DNA of 64,000 nt from Patescibacteria group bacterium. GTDB lineage: Bacteria > Patescibacteriota > Minisyncoccia > Phycocordibacterales > UBA9973. Shown piece by piece: positions 19,157-29,856 of this stretch. Made by a program: the position numbers and the translations under genes. The notes under the pieces were generated by a model. It was not told the origin of the DNA. It worked only from the letters and a program-made list of their open reading frames with translations, and made no database searches. The DNA is taken from NCBI GenBank assembly GCA_040388575.1, contig JAZKBO010000002.1, positions 95,942-159,941 on the forward strand. Direction: 5' to 3'. Every line of letters begins with the position of its first letter. Positions within the stretch are counted from its first letter, which is position 1.

Positions 19157-20452
19157 CTACCTTTCCAAGCCTAAAGCCTTCTGACCAATATCTTTTCGGA
19201 ATTGCATTCCTTCGAAATGTATTTTTGAAATTGCTTCGTAAGAGGTACTAAGTGCCTTCTTTAAGGTGAGACCAGTTGCTGAAACGCCCAGCACACGCCC
19301 ACCGTTGGTAACTAAGTTCTTCTTTTCATCTAGCGTAGTTCCTGAATGGAATATAACAATGTTGCCATTCCTTTGAGCTTCTTCTAGGCCAGTAACCACT
19401 TTACCTTTTTCATATTTATTCGGGTAGCCACCTGAGGCTAGTGCAATATTGCAGGCAAATTCATTTTTCCATCCGATATTTAAATTATTTAAAGTGCCAT
19501 CGATTGAGGCGTCAATTATGTCTAGGAAGTCAGTTTCAAGTATCCGCATATAAGTTTGAGTTTCCGGATCACCAAAGCGAGAATTGAATTCGAAAACCTT
19601 TGGTCCGTCTAAAGTTATCATTATGCCAGGATACAAACACCCTTTAAACTCTCTTCCCTCCTCCCTCATACCTTTTATCGTCGGAGTAATAATCTCTTTT
19701 TCTATCAAATTCATCATACTGGGCATAATAAAAGATAATGGCGCAATTGTTCCCATCCCTCCGGTGTTAGGCCCAATATCTCCATCTAGAATCCTTTTGT
19801 GATCTTGGGACGCAGGAAAAATCTTGTAATTTGTGCCATCTGAAATTGCATGAATAGATATTTCAATTCCTGCAAGATATTCCTCAATAATTACTTCGTT
19901 GCCCGCAGAGCCGAAAACTTTATCAACTAAAATTTTATGGAGCGCATTGATAGCTTCCTCCTTGCTCTGCGCAACTGTAACGCCCTTACCTAGCGCCAAC
20001 CCACTCGCCTTAATTACTACAGGCACTGGGCCCTTTTCTACATAAGCTTTTGCCCCTTCAAAATCAGTGAAAACTTGGTGCCTAGCAGTGGGTAAATGGT
20101 GGCGGGTCATGAAGTCTTTAGCGTACGCCTTGGACCATTCAAGCTCACTGGCCGCCTTAGTTGGCCCCCAGACGCGCATATCGAACGCTGTAAATGCATC
20201 TACCACGCCTGCTGCCAGCGCATCGTCAGATACAACCAGGGTTAGGTCCACGCCTTCACTCTTAGCAAAGCCTAGTAAGGCCGGCGTATCAGTTTCTTTA
20301 ATGTCTAAATTTGTGCCTATTTGTGCTGTACCAGCATTACCTCTAGCAAAAAATAATTTCCCCGCTCTTTCTGACTGAGCAATTTTCCAGCCTAAGGCGT
20401 GCTCTCTGCCACCGCCGGCTCCAATTATTAAAATTTTATTATATTTAATCAT
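19157..20452 (-). CDS. purD: Phosphoribosylamine-glycine ligase
   Basis: GGREHA, KASGLALGKGV, QDHKR, GPNTGGMG, EFNSRFGDPE. Confidence 0.97.
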   Translation of the reverse strand: MIKYNKILIIGAGGGREHALGWKIAQSERAGKLFFARGNAGTAQIGTNLDIKETDTPALLGFAKSEGVDLTLVVSDDALAAGVVDAFTAFDMRVWGPTKAASELEWSKAYAKDFMTRHHLPTARHQVFTDFEGAKAYVEKGPVPVVIKASGLALGKGVTVAQSKEEAINALHKILVDKVFGSAGNEVIIEEYLAGIEISIHAISDGTNYKIFPASQDHKRILDGDIGPNTGGMGTIAPLSFIMPSMMNLIEKEIITPTIKGMREEGREFKGCLYPGIMITLDGPKVFEFNSRFGDPETQTYMRILETDFLDIIDASIDGTLNNLNIGWKNEFACNIALASGGYPNKYEKGKVVTGLEEAQRNGNIVIFHSGTTLDEKKNLVTNGGRVLGVSATGLTLKKALSTSYEAISKIHFEGMQFRKDIGQKALGLER

Positions 20453-21071
20453 CTATATTTGTTAATTTCTCAAGAACCTCTATATATAACTGATTTTCCT
20501 TTTTCTTTAAGCGTGAATATAGCGATTCTACGTTATCATGTTCATCCACTGCCTCAAATGTTCTACCTAACACTGGCCCGAAGTCAAAATTTTGGGTTAA
20601 AAAGTGTATTGACGACCCTGCATAAGTAGATTCTTTATCCAAAAAATTCTGGATAGCCTTATCAGTGAGCATGCCTTTATTCCACAAGGCTTCTGTGCCA
20701 TCAGGATTCTTTACTTTTCCATCCACCGAATCAGGAATAAGCCCAGGGTGGAGGTTTAAGATTTTATTTGGATACGCCTCAATAACCGAGTTTACGATAA
20801 TCTGCTTCCAGCCAGCAAGGCATATAAAATCAGGACTAATTTTTTGGAGGAGCGGTAGGAGCTCATCCTTGTATTTGCAAATTTCAATATTCAAACCATG
20901 TTTTCTCGCTCGCTCTAGGCCGAGAGCGGCTGGAGTATCTGAAATAACCGCTGAAATCTCAGCATTTATTTTATTAGCCTCGACCGCATCAATAATAGCC
21001 TGCAAATTAGTGCCTGTGCCAGCATCAGAAATAAGAACCGCGAGTTTCAATTTATTCTTTCGCAACATCAT
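20445..21071 (-). CDS. purN: Phosphoribosylglycinamide formyltransferase
   Basis: GTNLQAII, LAGW, LNLHP, DFGP. Confidence 0.9.
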   Translation of the reverse strand: MMLRKNKLKLAVLISDAGTGTNLQAIIDAVEANKINAEISAVISDTPAALGLERARKHGLNIEICKYKDELLPLLQKISPDFICLAGWKQIIVNSVIEAYPNKILNLHPGLIPDSVDGKVKNPDGTEALWNKGMLTDKAIQNFLDKESTYAGSSIHFLTQNFDFGPVLGRTFEAVDEHDNVESLYSRLKKKENQLYIEVLEKLTNIDD

Positions 21072-22464
21072 AGCTTACCTCCCCTTTTCTTTCTTTTAAA
21101 TCGATAGGATATTCTCCGGTAAAAAATGACGTGCATAAATGATCCTTTGGGATACCAATAGACTCAACCATCCCGTCTAGGGATAGATATTTAAGAGATG
21201 TAGCACCTAAATATTGCCGGATCTCCTCCACAGTTTTGTGGGATGCAATTAATTCATCTTGTGTAGGAGTGTCGATACCGTAAAAATCAGGGAAACGCAC
21301 TGGTGGCGAGGAAATTAATAGATGCACTTCCTTAGCGCCATTTTTAAATAATGATTCTACGAGTTTACGTGAGGTGTGGCCACGGACGATGGAGTCGTCA
21401 ATTACTGCAATTCTTTTACCTGTTAAAATTTCAGGCAAAGGTACCAGTTTTAAGGCCACGCTGTGTCGGCGGGATTCTTGGCTAGGTTCGATGAACGTGC
21501 GATGCACGTATCTATTCTTAACTAGTGCTAGCTCGAGTGGTATTCCAGATTCCTGAGAAAATCCAATAGCCACTGGCATGGCAGTGTCTGGTACTGGCAC
21601 AACCGCATCAACTTTTAAACCCTTACACTCACGTGCGAGGGCTCTGCCGAAATTTTTCCTAACATCATAAATGAGCTTGCCATTTTGGACGCTATCGGGT
21701 CGAGCAAAATAAACATATTCGAAAATATCATGCTTTGGTGTGGCTGGAGCAAGGTTCATGCATTTAAGTCCATCCTCATTTATTACAAGCATTTCACCAG
21801 GCAGAACTTCCTGGATAAAAGTAGCCCCGATAGTTTTAAGTGCGCAAGTTTCCGATGCTACAACAAAACCATCATCATTCTCACCGATACTGCCTAGACA
21901 AAGTGGCCGCATACCATAGGAGTCTCTAACAGCAACTAAAGTATCTTCAGTCATCATTACTAGGGCAAAGGCTCCAGTTAGAAGTGGAAAAACTTTTTCA
22001 ACTGCTTGGGCGAGCTTGTCACCCTTCTTAAGATACACATCCACTGCATCTAGAATAAGTTCAGAATCACTGCGATCCTCCTTAAGCGCATTATTTGTTT
22101 TAAGAAAATCTTGAAGTGAAGTTACAGAAGGCAAATTGCCATTATGAGCCAATGCAAAAGTCTCGGTATCATTTAGTACTGGTTGCGCATGAGCAAGCGC
22201 CCCGCCACCTGAAGTTGAATACCTGTTATGGCCGATAGCAATATTACCATGGAGCATGTTAATATTTTCCTCTGTATAAACTTGGGAAACCAGGCCTACT
22301 CCTTTATGTGTTAAGAGCTTAGTGCCGTCATTGGTAGTGATGCCAGAGGCTTCTTGTCCGCGATGTTGGAGGGCAAAGAGAGCAAAAAATGCTAGGCGCG
22401 AAACTGGCAACTTATTGCCCCCATATATTCCTACGATTCCACATTTTTCTTTCAATTCACTCAT
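21052..22464 (-). CDS. purF: Amidophosphoribosyltransferase
   Basis: EKCGIVG, LQHRGQE, GHNRYST, DDSIVRG. Confidence 0.97.
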   Translation of the reverse strand: MSELKEKCGIVGIYGGNKLPVSRLAFFALFALQHRGQEASGITTNDGTKLLTHKGVGLVSQVYTEENINMLHGNIAIGHNRYSTSGGGALAHAQPVLNDTETFALAHNGNLPSVTSLQDFLKTNNALKEDRSDSELILDAVDVYLKKGDKLAQAVEKVFPLLTGAFALVMMTEDTLVAVRDSYGMRPLCLGSIGENDDGFVVASETCALKTIGATFIQEVLPGEMLVINEDGLKCMNLAPATPKHDIFEYVYFARPDSVQNGKLIYDVRKNFGRALARECKGLKVDAVVPVPDTAMPVAIGFSQESGIPLELALVKNRYVHRTFIEPSQESRRHSVALKLVPLPEILTGKRIAVIDDSIVRGHTSRKLVESLFKNGAKEVHLLISSPPVRFPDFYGIDTPTQDELIASHKTVEEIRQYLGATSLKYLSLDGMVESIGIPKDHLCTSFFTGEYPIDLKERKGEVSYDVAKE

Positions 22465-22465
22465 A

Positions 22466-23236
22466 CTAATTTTTATTTCGAAAGTAATTTATTGCGTTTT
22501 TAAAAATCAAAATTCCATCTCCCCATTCGGATGTAATCATTTTTTTATTCTTCTGCCACATTGGACTCTGGTGAGAGAACATTGCTCTCTCCGGATGCGG
22601 CATGAGCCCTAGTACTCTACCATTATAAGCCAATACTCCTGCAATGTCATGCATAGAGCCATTTGGATTTGCTTTAAGGTTCTGGAACTTACATATATTA
22701 CCTTTCGTGTAAGTAAATGCAATTTGCTTATTCTTTTTTAGGTTTTTATAGTCCTTCGCGCTAATTGTATATTGACCCTCACCATGAGCAATTGGAACCG
22801 AAATTGTTTTGATGCCAGTTAACCACGGACTCTTTCCTTCAACCTTGAGGTCCACCCAGCGGTCGAGGTACTTTCCTCCGCTATTGAATGTCAGCGCACC
22901 TGGTAGTATGCCTAAACTTGTAGTAATTTGAAAGCCATTACAGATACCAATAACCAAAGTATCACGTGTAAGGAATTCCGTAAGTTCTTTTGAAAGGTGA
23001 TTTTTAAATTTATTAGCATAAGCCTTGCCGCTACCTGTGTCATCACCATACGCAAAGCCGCCAGGAAAAGCGAGGATGTCATACTCCTTTAAAATGGCTG
23101 GGCTAGCAATTAAATCATTTAAGTGGACAATGTCAGCCTGTCCACCAGCCTTTTCAAATGCGAACTTCGTCTCCTCCTCGCAGTTGAGGCCGTAGCCTGA
23201 CATTATTATTATTTTGGGTTTCCTATTTAACTTCAT
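22466..23236 (-). CDS. purQ: FGAM synthase glutaminase subunit
   Basis: PGGFAYGD, GICNGFQ, NPNGS, MPHPER. Confidence 0.96.
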   Translation of the reverse strand: MKLNRKPKIIIMSGYGLNCEEETKFAFEKAGGQADIVHLNDLIASPAILKEYDILAFPGGFAYGDDTGSGKAYANKFKNHLSKELTEFLTRDTLVIGICNGFQITTSLGILPGALTFNSGGKYLDRWVDLKVEGKSPWLTGIKTISVPIAHGEGQYTISAKDYKNLKKNKQIAFTYTKGNICKFQNLKANPNGSMHDIAGVLAYNGRVLGLMPHPERAMFSHQSPMWQKNKKMITSEWGDGILIFKNAINYFRNKN

Positions 23237-26181
23237 TTCATTGATTCGGAAAATTTATGATAAAGTCCGTGTAATTTTTTAATATTAGTATCCACAACTT
23301 TATTTTTACCAGATGAAATACTAACCTTGCCGTCTTTTGAGACTGTGCCTAGTCTATTGAAAGCTATTCCGGTTATTAATTTTTCAAATTTCTTTATATT
23401 TTGGGGACTTACAGATACTAAAATTCTACCTTGTGACTCGGAAAATAATTTCACATCAATACTTGAGTCCCCTTCTAAATTTATCTTGGTGCCCAACATC
23501 CCACCCACACAAGCCTTAGCAATAGCTATCCCTAGCCCACCTGAGGTAACTGAGAGGGAAGATTCTATTAAGTTGTGTTCGATTGCATCCTCTAGAGCTT
23601 TATATGTTTTAAGATTTTTCTTGTAATCAACCTTTGGCACATTGCTTCCCAAAGACCCTAACATCTTGAAATATTCCGAGGCACCAAGTTCATCCTTAGT
23701 CTCACCTAATAAATAAACAATGTCGCCAGGGCTTTTAAATTCAGGCGAAATAGTTTTATGCAAATCTGGCATCACGCTGATTGCGCTGATAAGAAGTGTG
23801 GGTGGGATGGAGATTTTAATAGGTTTACCCTTTTCATTAAATCCGGAAAAGTCATTAAACATACTATCTTTACCTGAAATAAATGGGGTGCCGTAGGCCA
23901 CAGCAGCATCGTAACAGGCCTTGAGTGAGTCCAAGAGCTCAGCCAAGCGCTTCTTGTCATAGGAAGAGCACCAGCAGAAGTTATCTAAGATCGCTAGATG
24001 TGAGAGTTTGGCCCCAGCAGCAACGGCATTACGCACAGCAGTATCGAGGGATCCCGCGGCCATATCATAAGTATTAATATCAGAGTATGAAGGAAATAAG
24101 GCGGCGGAAATAACTACACCTTTATTCGAGCTTAGTACCGGTTTGAAAACTTGAGCATCAGTATTAATTCGCCCTGGGCCAGAAAGTGGTTTTAATACAG
24201 AAGATGCCTGGACCTCGTGGTCATATTGCTCTGATACGAATGAGTAGCTCCCAATGTTATTATTGCTCAATAAATCCTCTAAAACCTTTGTCCTGGAAAT
24301 GCCTTTTGGTAATTTCGGATCAGGATAAGAGTAAAGATATGGGGTAGTTTGTAAATGTTTCTTGGGATAACCGTTATGTAAGAAATCGAGCTCCATATCC
24401 ATGATGTTTTTTCCTCCATATGAAACTATACATTTACCCGAGTCTGTAAATTCTCCGATTACTGTGGCTTCTACACCTCGCCTCTTCATGAGGGTATTAA
24501 AGACCTCCCATTTTTTAGGCGGGATTGCGAGAGTCATGCGCTCTTGGGATTCCGAAATCCAAATTTCCCATGGGCGCAGGCCAGGATATTTAAGTGGCAC
24601 TTTCTCCAAATTAACTTTAGCTCCACCGCATTCCTTAGCCATTTCGGCCACCGAGCATGAAATGCCACCAGCACCGTTATCGGTAATGCTATTGTATAAA
24701 TCCATGGCACGAGCCTCCTTAACGATCGCATCACTTAACTTCTTTTGTGTAATTGGGTCACCTATTTGGACTGCAGTGGCAGGAGAATTCGAATCCATAA
24801 CTACGGATGAAAATGTTGCCCCATGAATACCATCGAGGCCTACTCTGCCACCAACTACTACAATATAATCCCCTGGTTTGGCAGATTTTTCGTACGATGG
24901 TTTACCATTTATTTTCGTTGGAATTAGTCCTACTGTACCAGCGAAGACTAATGGCTTGGCTCGGAATCGATCATCAAACTTTATAAATCCCGAAAGCGTT
25001 GGTATTCCAGAACAATTACCGCCAGTATTGATGCCCCTTATCACACCATCCATAATGCGCCTTGGTGAAAGCATTTCCTGCTTGAAATTAGCAGCTTTAT
25101 AGAACTTTCTTTTATCGCTTGGCTGGCCTAAACAAAAGCCATAAGTATTGGCAACAGGCTTGGCCCCGAGCCCAAAGCCAATGCAATCACGATTCACTCC
25201 CACAATCCCTGTGATAGCGCCGCCGTATGGATCGAGTGCCGAGGGGCTGTTATGAGTTTCTACTTTGTGGGTTATTAAATATTCATCATCGAAAGCTATG
25301 CCTCCAGCATTGTCAGAAAATACTGAAACACAGAAGTCATCCTTGCCTTTTTTCATTCGGATAATATTAGTTGCTCCCTTAATATATGTTTTATATAGCC
25401 CTTCCTTCACATCATCTATCGCACTTGCGAAAATAGTATGCTTGCAATGTTCGGACCAGGTTTGAGCTAGGGATTCTAGTTCAATGTCAGTAGGGTCACG
25501 CTGTAGTTTAATAAAGTACTCCCGGATAGTTTTCATGGAATCCAAGTCGAGAGCCAAAGGTCCACGGCGGCCGCCAGTTTCAGGGTCCTGTACGCCTTCA
25601 CGGCCAATACGTACAAGCTCATCATCTGAAACATTAAGGCTAATTTTTATTACTGGAGTATGCTTGCCGAGAATTACCTCTGGAACCTTAAGTGGTAAGT
25701 TTCTTTTTTTTTCGATCTCTTGTGAGCTAGTAATATACGAAGACTCAATCAGTGGATTGTGGAGTGATAGAGCTATTGCTTTAGCATCACTGTTTGTGAT
25801 ATTTCCATTAATTAAAAAAACTTTTGAGGAAAAGACATTAAGATTTGAATTGTGCGGTAAATGTAGGAGGTCAGTAATAGTTTCCTTAACAGTATGGGCA
25901 ACATTGTCAGTGACTCCAGGTTTATAGCCAATTTCGATAAGATAAGTAGATTTCTTCCCACTAGGGATTAGATTGATGGAATACTCCTCCAAAATAGGAT
26001 TAGTTAGAGCTTCCCCGATTTTAATTAATGAGTCATGGCCTAAACTATGCTCAATGAGATACGAATCTATTATCTGAATATTGCTTATTTTACCTTTGAG
26101 CCCCAGGCTCGCCCATGATTTTTTATAGAGTCCCTCTCGTACATCTTTGTTTTTCTGGGCGACGTATACTCGGGAAATCAT
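23233..26181 (-). CDS. purL: FGAM synthase synthetase subunit with fused N-terminal PurS-like repeats
   Basis: QTWSEHCKH, KVETHNSPS, DNGAGG, SESQERM; N-terminal repeats ending LTNPILE and LHNPLIE with PGVTDN. Confidence 0.95.
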   Translation of the reverse strand: MISRVYVAQKNKDVREGLYKKSWASLGLKGKISNIQIIDSYLIEHSLGHDSLIKIGEALTNPILEEYSINLIPSGKKSTYLIEIGYKPGVTDNVAHTVKETITDLLHLPHNSNLNVFSSKVFLINGNITNSDAKAIALSLHNPLIESSYITSSQEIEKKRNLPLKVPEVILGKHTPVIKISLNVSDDELVRIGREGVQDPETGGRRGPLALDLDSMKTIREYFIKLQRDPTDIELESLAQTWSEHCKHTIFASAIDDVKEGLYKTYIKGATNIIRMKKGKDDFCVSVFSDNAGGIAFDDEYLITHKVETHNSPSALDPYGGAITGIVGVNRDCIGFGLGAKPVANTYGFCLGQPSDKRKFYKAANFKQEMLSPRRIMDGVIRGINTGGNCSGIPTLSGFIKFDDRFRAKPLVFAGTVGLIPTKINGKPSYEKSAKPGDYIVVVGGRVGLDGIHGATFSSVVMDSNSPATAVQIGDPITQKKLSDAIVKEARAMDLYNSITDNGAGGISCSVAEMAKECGGAKVNLEKVPLKYPGLRPWEIWISESQERMTLAIPPKKWEVFNTLMKRRGVEATVIGEFTDSGKCIVSYGGKNIMDMELDFLHNGYPKKHLQTTPYLYSYPDPKLPKGISRTKVLEDLLSNNNIGSYSFVSEQYDHEVQASSVLKPLSGPGRINTDAQVFKPVLSSNKGVVISAALFPSYSDINTYDMAAGSLDTAVRNAVAAGAKLSHLAILDNFCWCSSYDKKRLAELLDSLKACYDAAVAYGTPFISGKDSMFNDFSGFNEKGKPIKISIPPTLLISAISVMPDLHKTISPEFKSPGDIVYLLGETKDELGASEYFKMLGSLGSNVPKVDYKKNLKTYKALEDAIEHNLIESSLSVTSGGLGIAIAKACVGGMLGTKINLEGDSSIDVKLFSESQGRILVSVSPQNIKKFEKLITGIAFNRLGTVSKDGKVSISSGKNKVVDTNIKKLHGLYHKFSESMK

Positions 26182-26206
26182 ATAAGTATAGTATCACTAA
26201 TGGTTT

Positions 26207-27595
26207 CTACTTCCAATAACGCTCTACCACATGATGTTCCTCTGGGCCGGTGCCAACATATATAATTTTCGCTCCCAGATTTTTTTCAAGGAATTTAACA
26301 TAATCTAAGGCTTCCTTGGGTAATTTAGTGTCGTAGTCTGAAAGTCTGCCCTGCCACAATGGAAATATTTTCAAAACGGGTTTAATAGTGACTTTCGAGA
26401 TGTCGAATGGGATTTTAGAAGTTTTTTTACCGTCAATCATATACTCTGTGCAAACTTTTATATTTCTAAATCCTGAAAGGACATCGAGCTTGGTTAAAAC
26501 TAATTCAGTCGCGTTATTCATTTTGATGGCATATTTAAGCAGCGGAATATCCAGCCAGCCTGTACGGCGCAGGCGGCCAGTGGTGGCCCCAATTTCATTA
26601 CCTAATTTTCGGAGTGCTATGCCTTGCTCGAATTCATCTGTACTATTTGGGTCAGGGGTTGGGTAAGCTTTATTTTCATCAAATAATTTTTTATCGCGGC
26701 ACCAAACTGCTGAAACTTGACCGCCGAGCTCGGTAGGAAACGGGCCCTCGCCCACTTTAGTTGTGTATGCCTTCAAAATTCCAATAGCGCCACCTATATA
26801 TGAGGGTGGAATACCGAGCCCAGTGCCTACCCCACTTGAAATGGTGTGGGAAGACGTTACGAATGGGTAATGTCCGAAGCGAATATCAAGAAGTGCTCCC
26901 TGCGCCCCCTCCGCTATAACTTTTCTGCCAGTAGATAGTGCGGCTTCAACAATTTCTGCAGACTCAATTAATTTAATCTTACTTAAAAATTTAATACCTT
27001 TGAAGAAGTGAGCTTCACTCTCCTTTAGTTCACTATCTTTGAGTCTGTAGTCGAAAACCTTCTCTAGGGTTTGCTTATGCTCATTGCGTAGTGCTTGGTA
27101 GTGCTCTTTAAAATCCTTTTGGTAAATGTCCCCAACACGCAATGCCCTACGCAACGTAAGGTCAGTATATGAAGGCGAAATGCCTCTACCAGTTGAGCCT
27201 ATTTTTCTTTTACCTTTAGTCTTTTCAGAAATTGTATCTAAAACAAGGTGGGTAGGAATAGTTAAAATTGCATGGGGTGAAACTGACATTCTACCCAGGA
27301 AGGAAATATTTTTTGGAATTACAGAAGCTTCATTTAATAATGCACCTGGATTGATAACCATACCAGCTCCCAAATGAATTTGTGCTTTACCAAAAACCCC
27401 TGACGGAATGAGATGAAATACATAACATTTCCCTTTGTGCCAAATAGTATGCCCAGCATTGTTGCCACCTTGAAAACGTACAATTAAATCTTGTGCTTTT
27501 AAGCCCGATGCAATACGCGCCACGCCCTTGCCTTTGCCTTCATCGCCCCATTGGAGGCCGATGATCGGTATAATTTTGGATTTAATATTCTTCAT
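26207..27595 (-). CDS. purA: Adenylosuccinate synthetase
   Basis: QWGDEGKGK, GGNNAGHT, EGAQG, GATTGRLRRTGWLD. Confidence 0.97.
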   Translation of the reverse strand: MKNIKSKIIPIIGLQWGDEGKGKGVARIASGLKAQDLIVRFQGGNNAGHTIWHKGKCYVFHLIPSGVFGKAQIHLGAGMVINPGALLNEASVIPKNISFLGRMSVSPHAILTIPTHLVLDTISEKTKGKRKIGSTGRGISPSYTDLTLRRALRVGDIYQKDFKEHYQALRNEHKQTLEKVFDYRLKDSELKESEAHFFKGIKFLSKIKLIESAEIVEAALSTGRKVIAEGAQGALLDIRFGHYPFVTSSHTISSGVGTGLGIPPSYIGGAIGILKAYTTKVGEGPFPTELGGQVSAVWCRDKKLFDENKAYPTPDPNSTDEFEQGIALRKLGNEIGATTGRLRRTGWLDIPLLKYAIKMNNATELVLTKLDVLSGFRNIKVCTEYMIDGKKTSKIPFDISKVTIKPVLKIFPLWQGRLSDYDTKLPKEALDYVKFLEKNLGAKIIYVGTGPEEHHVVERYWK

Positions 27596-29094
27596 TATTC
27601 TTTTGAGTAGTTTGAGGTTGGACTAACCATAAAAATATCATGCACATGGCTCTCTCGCAGCCCAGCACCGGTAATAGTATAGACCGATGCATCACGCAAA
27701 TTATTTATTTCTTTTGCTCCCAAATACCCCATACCGGATCGTAGCCCGCCAATATATTGATGGAGAACCTCTCCAAGTGGACCTTTGTAAGGCACATGAG
27801 CGGAAACTCCTTCTGGAACAAGCTTGATCGGATCATATTGATCATCCTGGAAATATCTGTCCTTGGAACCTTTTTGCATTGCGTCCACTGAACCCATCCC
27901 ACGATACTTTTTAAATTTTTGTTCATTGCTGATAATTATCTCCCCAGGAGATTCATCGGTGCCTGCAAAAATACTTCCAGACATAACTACATCTGCACCG
28001 AAGACGAGGGCTTTGACTACATCACCACTGTATTTAATGCCGCCATCTGCAATAACAGGGATATCGTGAGCAGCACACGCTTTATAGACATCGTAAATTG
28101 CGGAAAGTTGAGGCACGCCCACCCCAGAGACGATTCGAGTAGTACATATTGAACCCGGACCAATGCCCACCTTAATTGCGTCAGCTCCGGCTTCGATTAA
28201 GGCTAGCGCAGCTGCACCTGTGGCAACATTACCGGCAATAATATCTAGCTTAGGATACTTAGTTCTAATATTCTTAACTGTATCAATAACTCCCTTGGAA
28301 TGGCCATGGGCTGTATCAATGCAAATTAAATCTACCTTACTCTCGACGAGTGCATCCACTCGTGCCAGAGCATCGGCACCTGTGCCAACTGCAGCTCCTA
28401 CGCGAAGCTTACCCTCAGCATCTTTGGTTGCGTTCGGATATTCGCGGCTTTTGACTGTGTCACCATGGGTTATCAAGCCCACCAACCTGTTGTCTTTATC
28501 AACTAGAGGCAACTTTTCTACACCGTGCTGCTTGAATAAATCATTCGCCTCCTCAATGGACGTATCAGCATGGCCAGTTATAAGCTTGGTAGTCATTATG
28601 GTTTTTATCGGCACAGTATCACTCTTTTCAAAACTTTCAAAGCGCAAATCCCTTTTAGTAACTAAACCAACCAGGGTACCCGTCTGGCTAATAATCGGGA
28701 TACCACTAATATTATTTTTTTGCTGGATTCGGAGTGCATCACCAATCGTTGCATTCTCAAGCAGTGTAATCGGATCTGTGATACGTCCAGACTCAAAGCG
28801 TTTAACTGTAAGTACATGGCTGGCTTGCTCCGTTACCAGTAAATTCTTATGAATAATACCAATGCCGCCATATTGAGCCATGCCGATAGCCATATCGCTC
28901 TCTGTCACGGTATCCATTGCAGCAGACATTAACGGAATACTTAGTGAAATATTTTTTGTTAGACGAGTTTTGATTATTACATCCTTCGGCAGCACTTCAG
29001 AATAGTTTGGTACCAACAAAATATCATCAAAGGTAAGCCCTTGGCCTAGCATATTAGGCATTGATACTTTTTTATCACCTTTTTCGTTTGTCAT
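27595..29094 (-). CDS. guaB: IMP dehydrogenase (with CBS pair)
   Basis: [30 protein letters not shown]. Confidence 0.97.
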   Translation of the reverse strand: MTNEKGDKKVSMPNMLGQGLTFDDILLVPNYSEVLPKDVIIKTRLTKNISLSIPLMSAAMDTVTESDMAIGMAQYGGIGIIHKNLLVTEQASHVLTVKRFESGRITDPITLLENATIGDALRIQQKNNISGIPIISQTGTLVGLVTKRDLRFESFEKSDTVPIKTIMTTKLITGHADTSIEEANDLFKQHGVEKLPLVDKDNRLVGLITHGDTVKSREYPNATKDAEGKLRVGAAVGTGADALARVDALVESKVDLICIDTAHGHSKGVIDTVKNIRTKYPKLDIIAGNVATGAAALALIEAGADAIKVGIGPGSICTTRIVSGVGVPQLSAIYDVYKACAAHDIPVIADGGIKYSGDVVKALVFGADVVMSGSIFAGTDESPGEIIISNEQKFKKYRGMGSVDAMQKGSKDRYFQDDQYDPIKLVPEGVSAHVPYKGPLGEVLHQYIGGLRSGMGYLGAKEINNLRDASVYTITGAGLRESHVHDIFMVSPTSNYSKE

Positions 29095-29123
29095 ATATTA
29101 CCTTAACTATACACGTAATGATT

Positions 29124-29420
29124 TTATGCGTCAATTTTTACTCCCTCCTCAAGCAATAGTGATCGCTTAGTCTTAATGCCGCCCTTACCAGAGTATCCAC
29201 CAAGGGTTCCGTCATTCCGGATGACTCGGTGGCATGGAATTTGTGGTGCGCAGGGATTTGCGCCTACCGCATTAGCTACGGCTCGGATGGCCTTGGGCTT
29301 GCCAATACGCTTTGCTAGATCGGTATAAGTAATGACTTTTCCTTGAGAAATTTTTTGGAGTTCTTTCCAAACCTTTTTCTGAAATTCCGTTCCACTTAAT
29401 TTTGACACGTTAATTTTCAT
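29124..29420 (-). CDS. ogt: O6-methylguanine-DNA methyltransferase, C-terminal domain only
   Basis: RAVANA and IPCHRV with the active Cys retained. Confidence 0.88.
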   Translation of the reverse strand: MKINVSKLSGTEFQKKVWKELQKISQGKVITYTDLAKRIGKPKAIRAVANAVGANPCAPQIPCHRVIRNDGTLGGYSGKGGIKTKRSLLLEEGVKIDA

Positions 29421-29530
29421 ATTGCTTATTCTAACATGTGGAAAAATAAGGCCAAAATGACTTGACTTTTGTCTAATAATGTGAAATACTATCAGTAGAT
29501 CACTCCGAGGGCGGAGTGAGGGAAGGAAAA

Positions 29531-29719
29531 ATGAAACTGACCTACATCGCAGAAAAGCGATATTGTCGGCGAGGGGCCTGCAGAAAGCTCCTCTCGCACT
29601 ACAACCCGACTGACGAGTGCCTCTCGCACGGTAAGTCGGCAGGATTCAGAAGCGTGAGGGCCGAAGACTTCACGAACGACACGGTTCGGAAGTCGGAGCC
29701 CAAACCGCAACACCGCTAG
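29531..29719 (+). CDS. GC-rich small protein with putative C3H zinc finger (mini-cassette 2)
   Basis: GGAAGGA just upstream of ATG 29531; CRRGAC..LSHYN....C..H; promoter TTGACT-17-AATACT (29462-29490). Confidence 0.65.
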   Translation: MKLTYIAEKRYCRRGACRKLLSHYNPTDECLSHGKSAGFRSVRAEDFTNDTVRKSEPKPQHR

Positions 29720-29738
29720 ACTCGAGCGCCTCTTCTAG

Positions 29739-29853
29739 TGCCGTGATCCCAGCCACGGCAACCCGTTCTTAAGTTCCCTCTGGTTAAGCCAGACGGAAAG
29801 CAACATCAAAATCTCTCGTCGTCCCCACAAGGCCGTCGAGATTTTTTGTTTTT
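29739..29853 (+). terminator. Structured 3' region (two hairpins plus terminator) of cassette 2
   Basis: Stems TGCCGTG/CACGGCA, TTCC-TCTGG/CCAGA-GGAA, and AAAATCTC/GAGATTTT followed by a T-run. Confidence 0.65.
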
Positions 29854-29856
29854 AGG

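Noticed and set aside
28163-28852. 229-aa plus-strand ORF and similar antisense ORFs (e.g. 49735-50343, 52462-52980, 32012-32491)
   Set aside because: Shadow frames opposite well-supported genes; no recognisable motifs.
29421-29520. Purine riboswitch or PurR box controlling the pur cluster
   Set aside because: No riboswitch consensus was seen; the space upstream of guaB is only 29 nt, and the hairpin here belongs to the divergent cassette 2.
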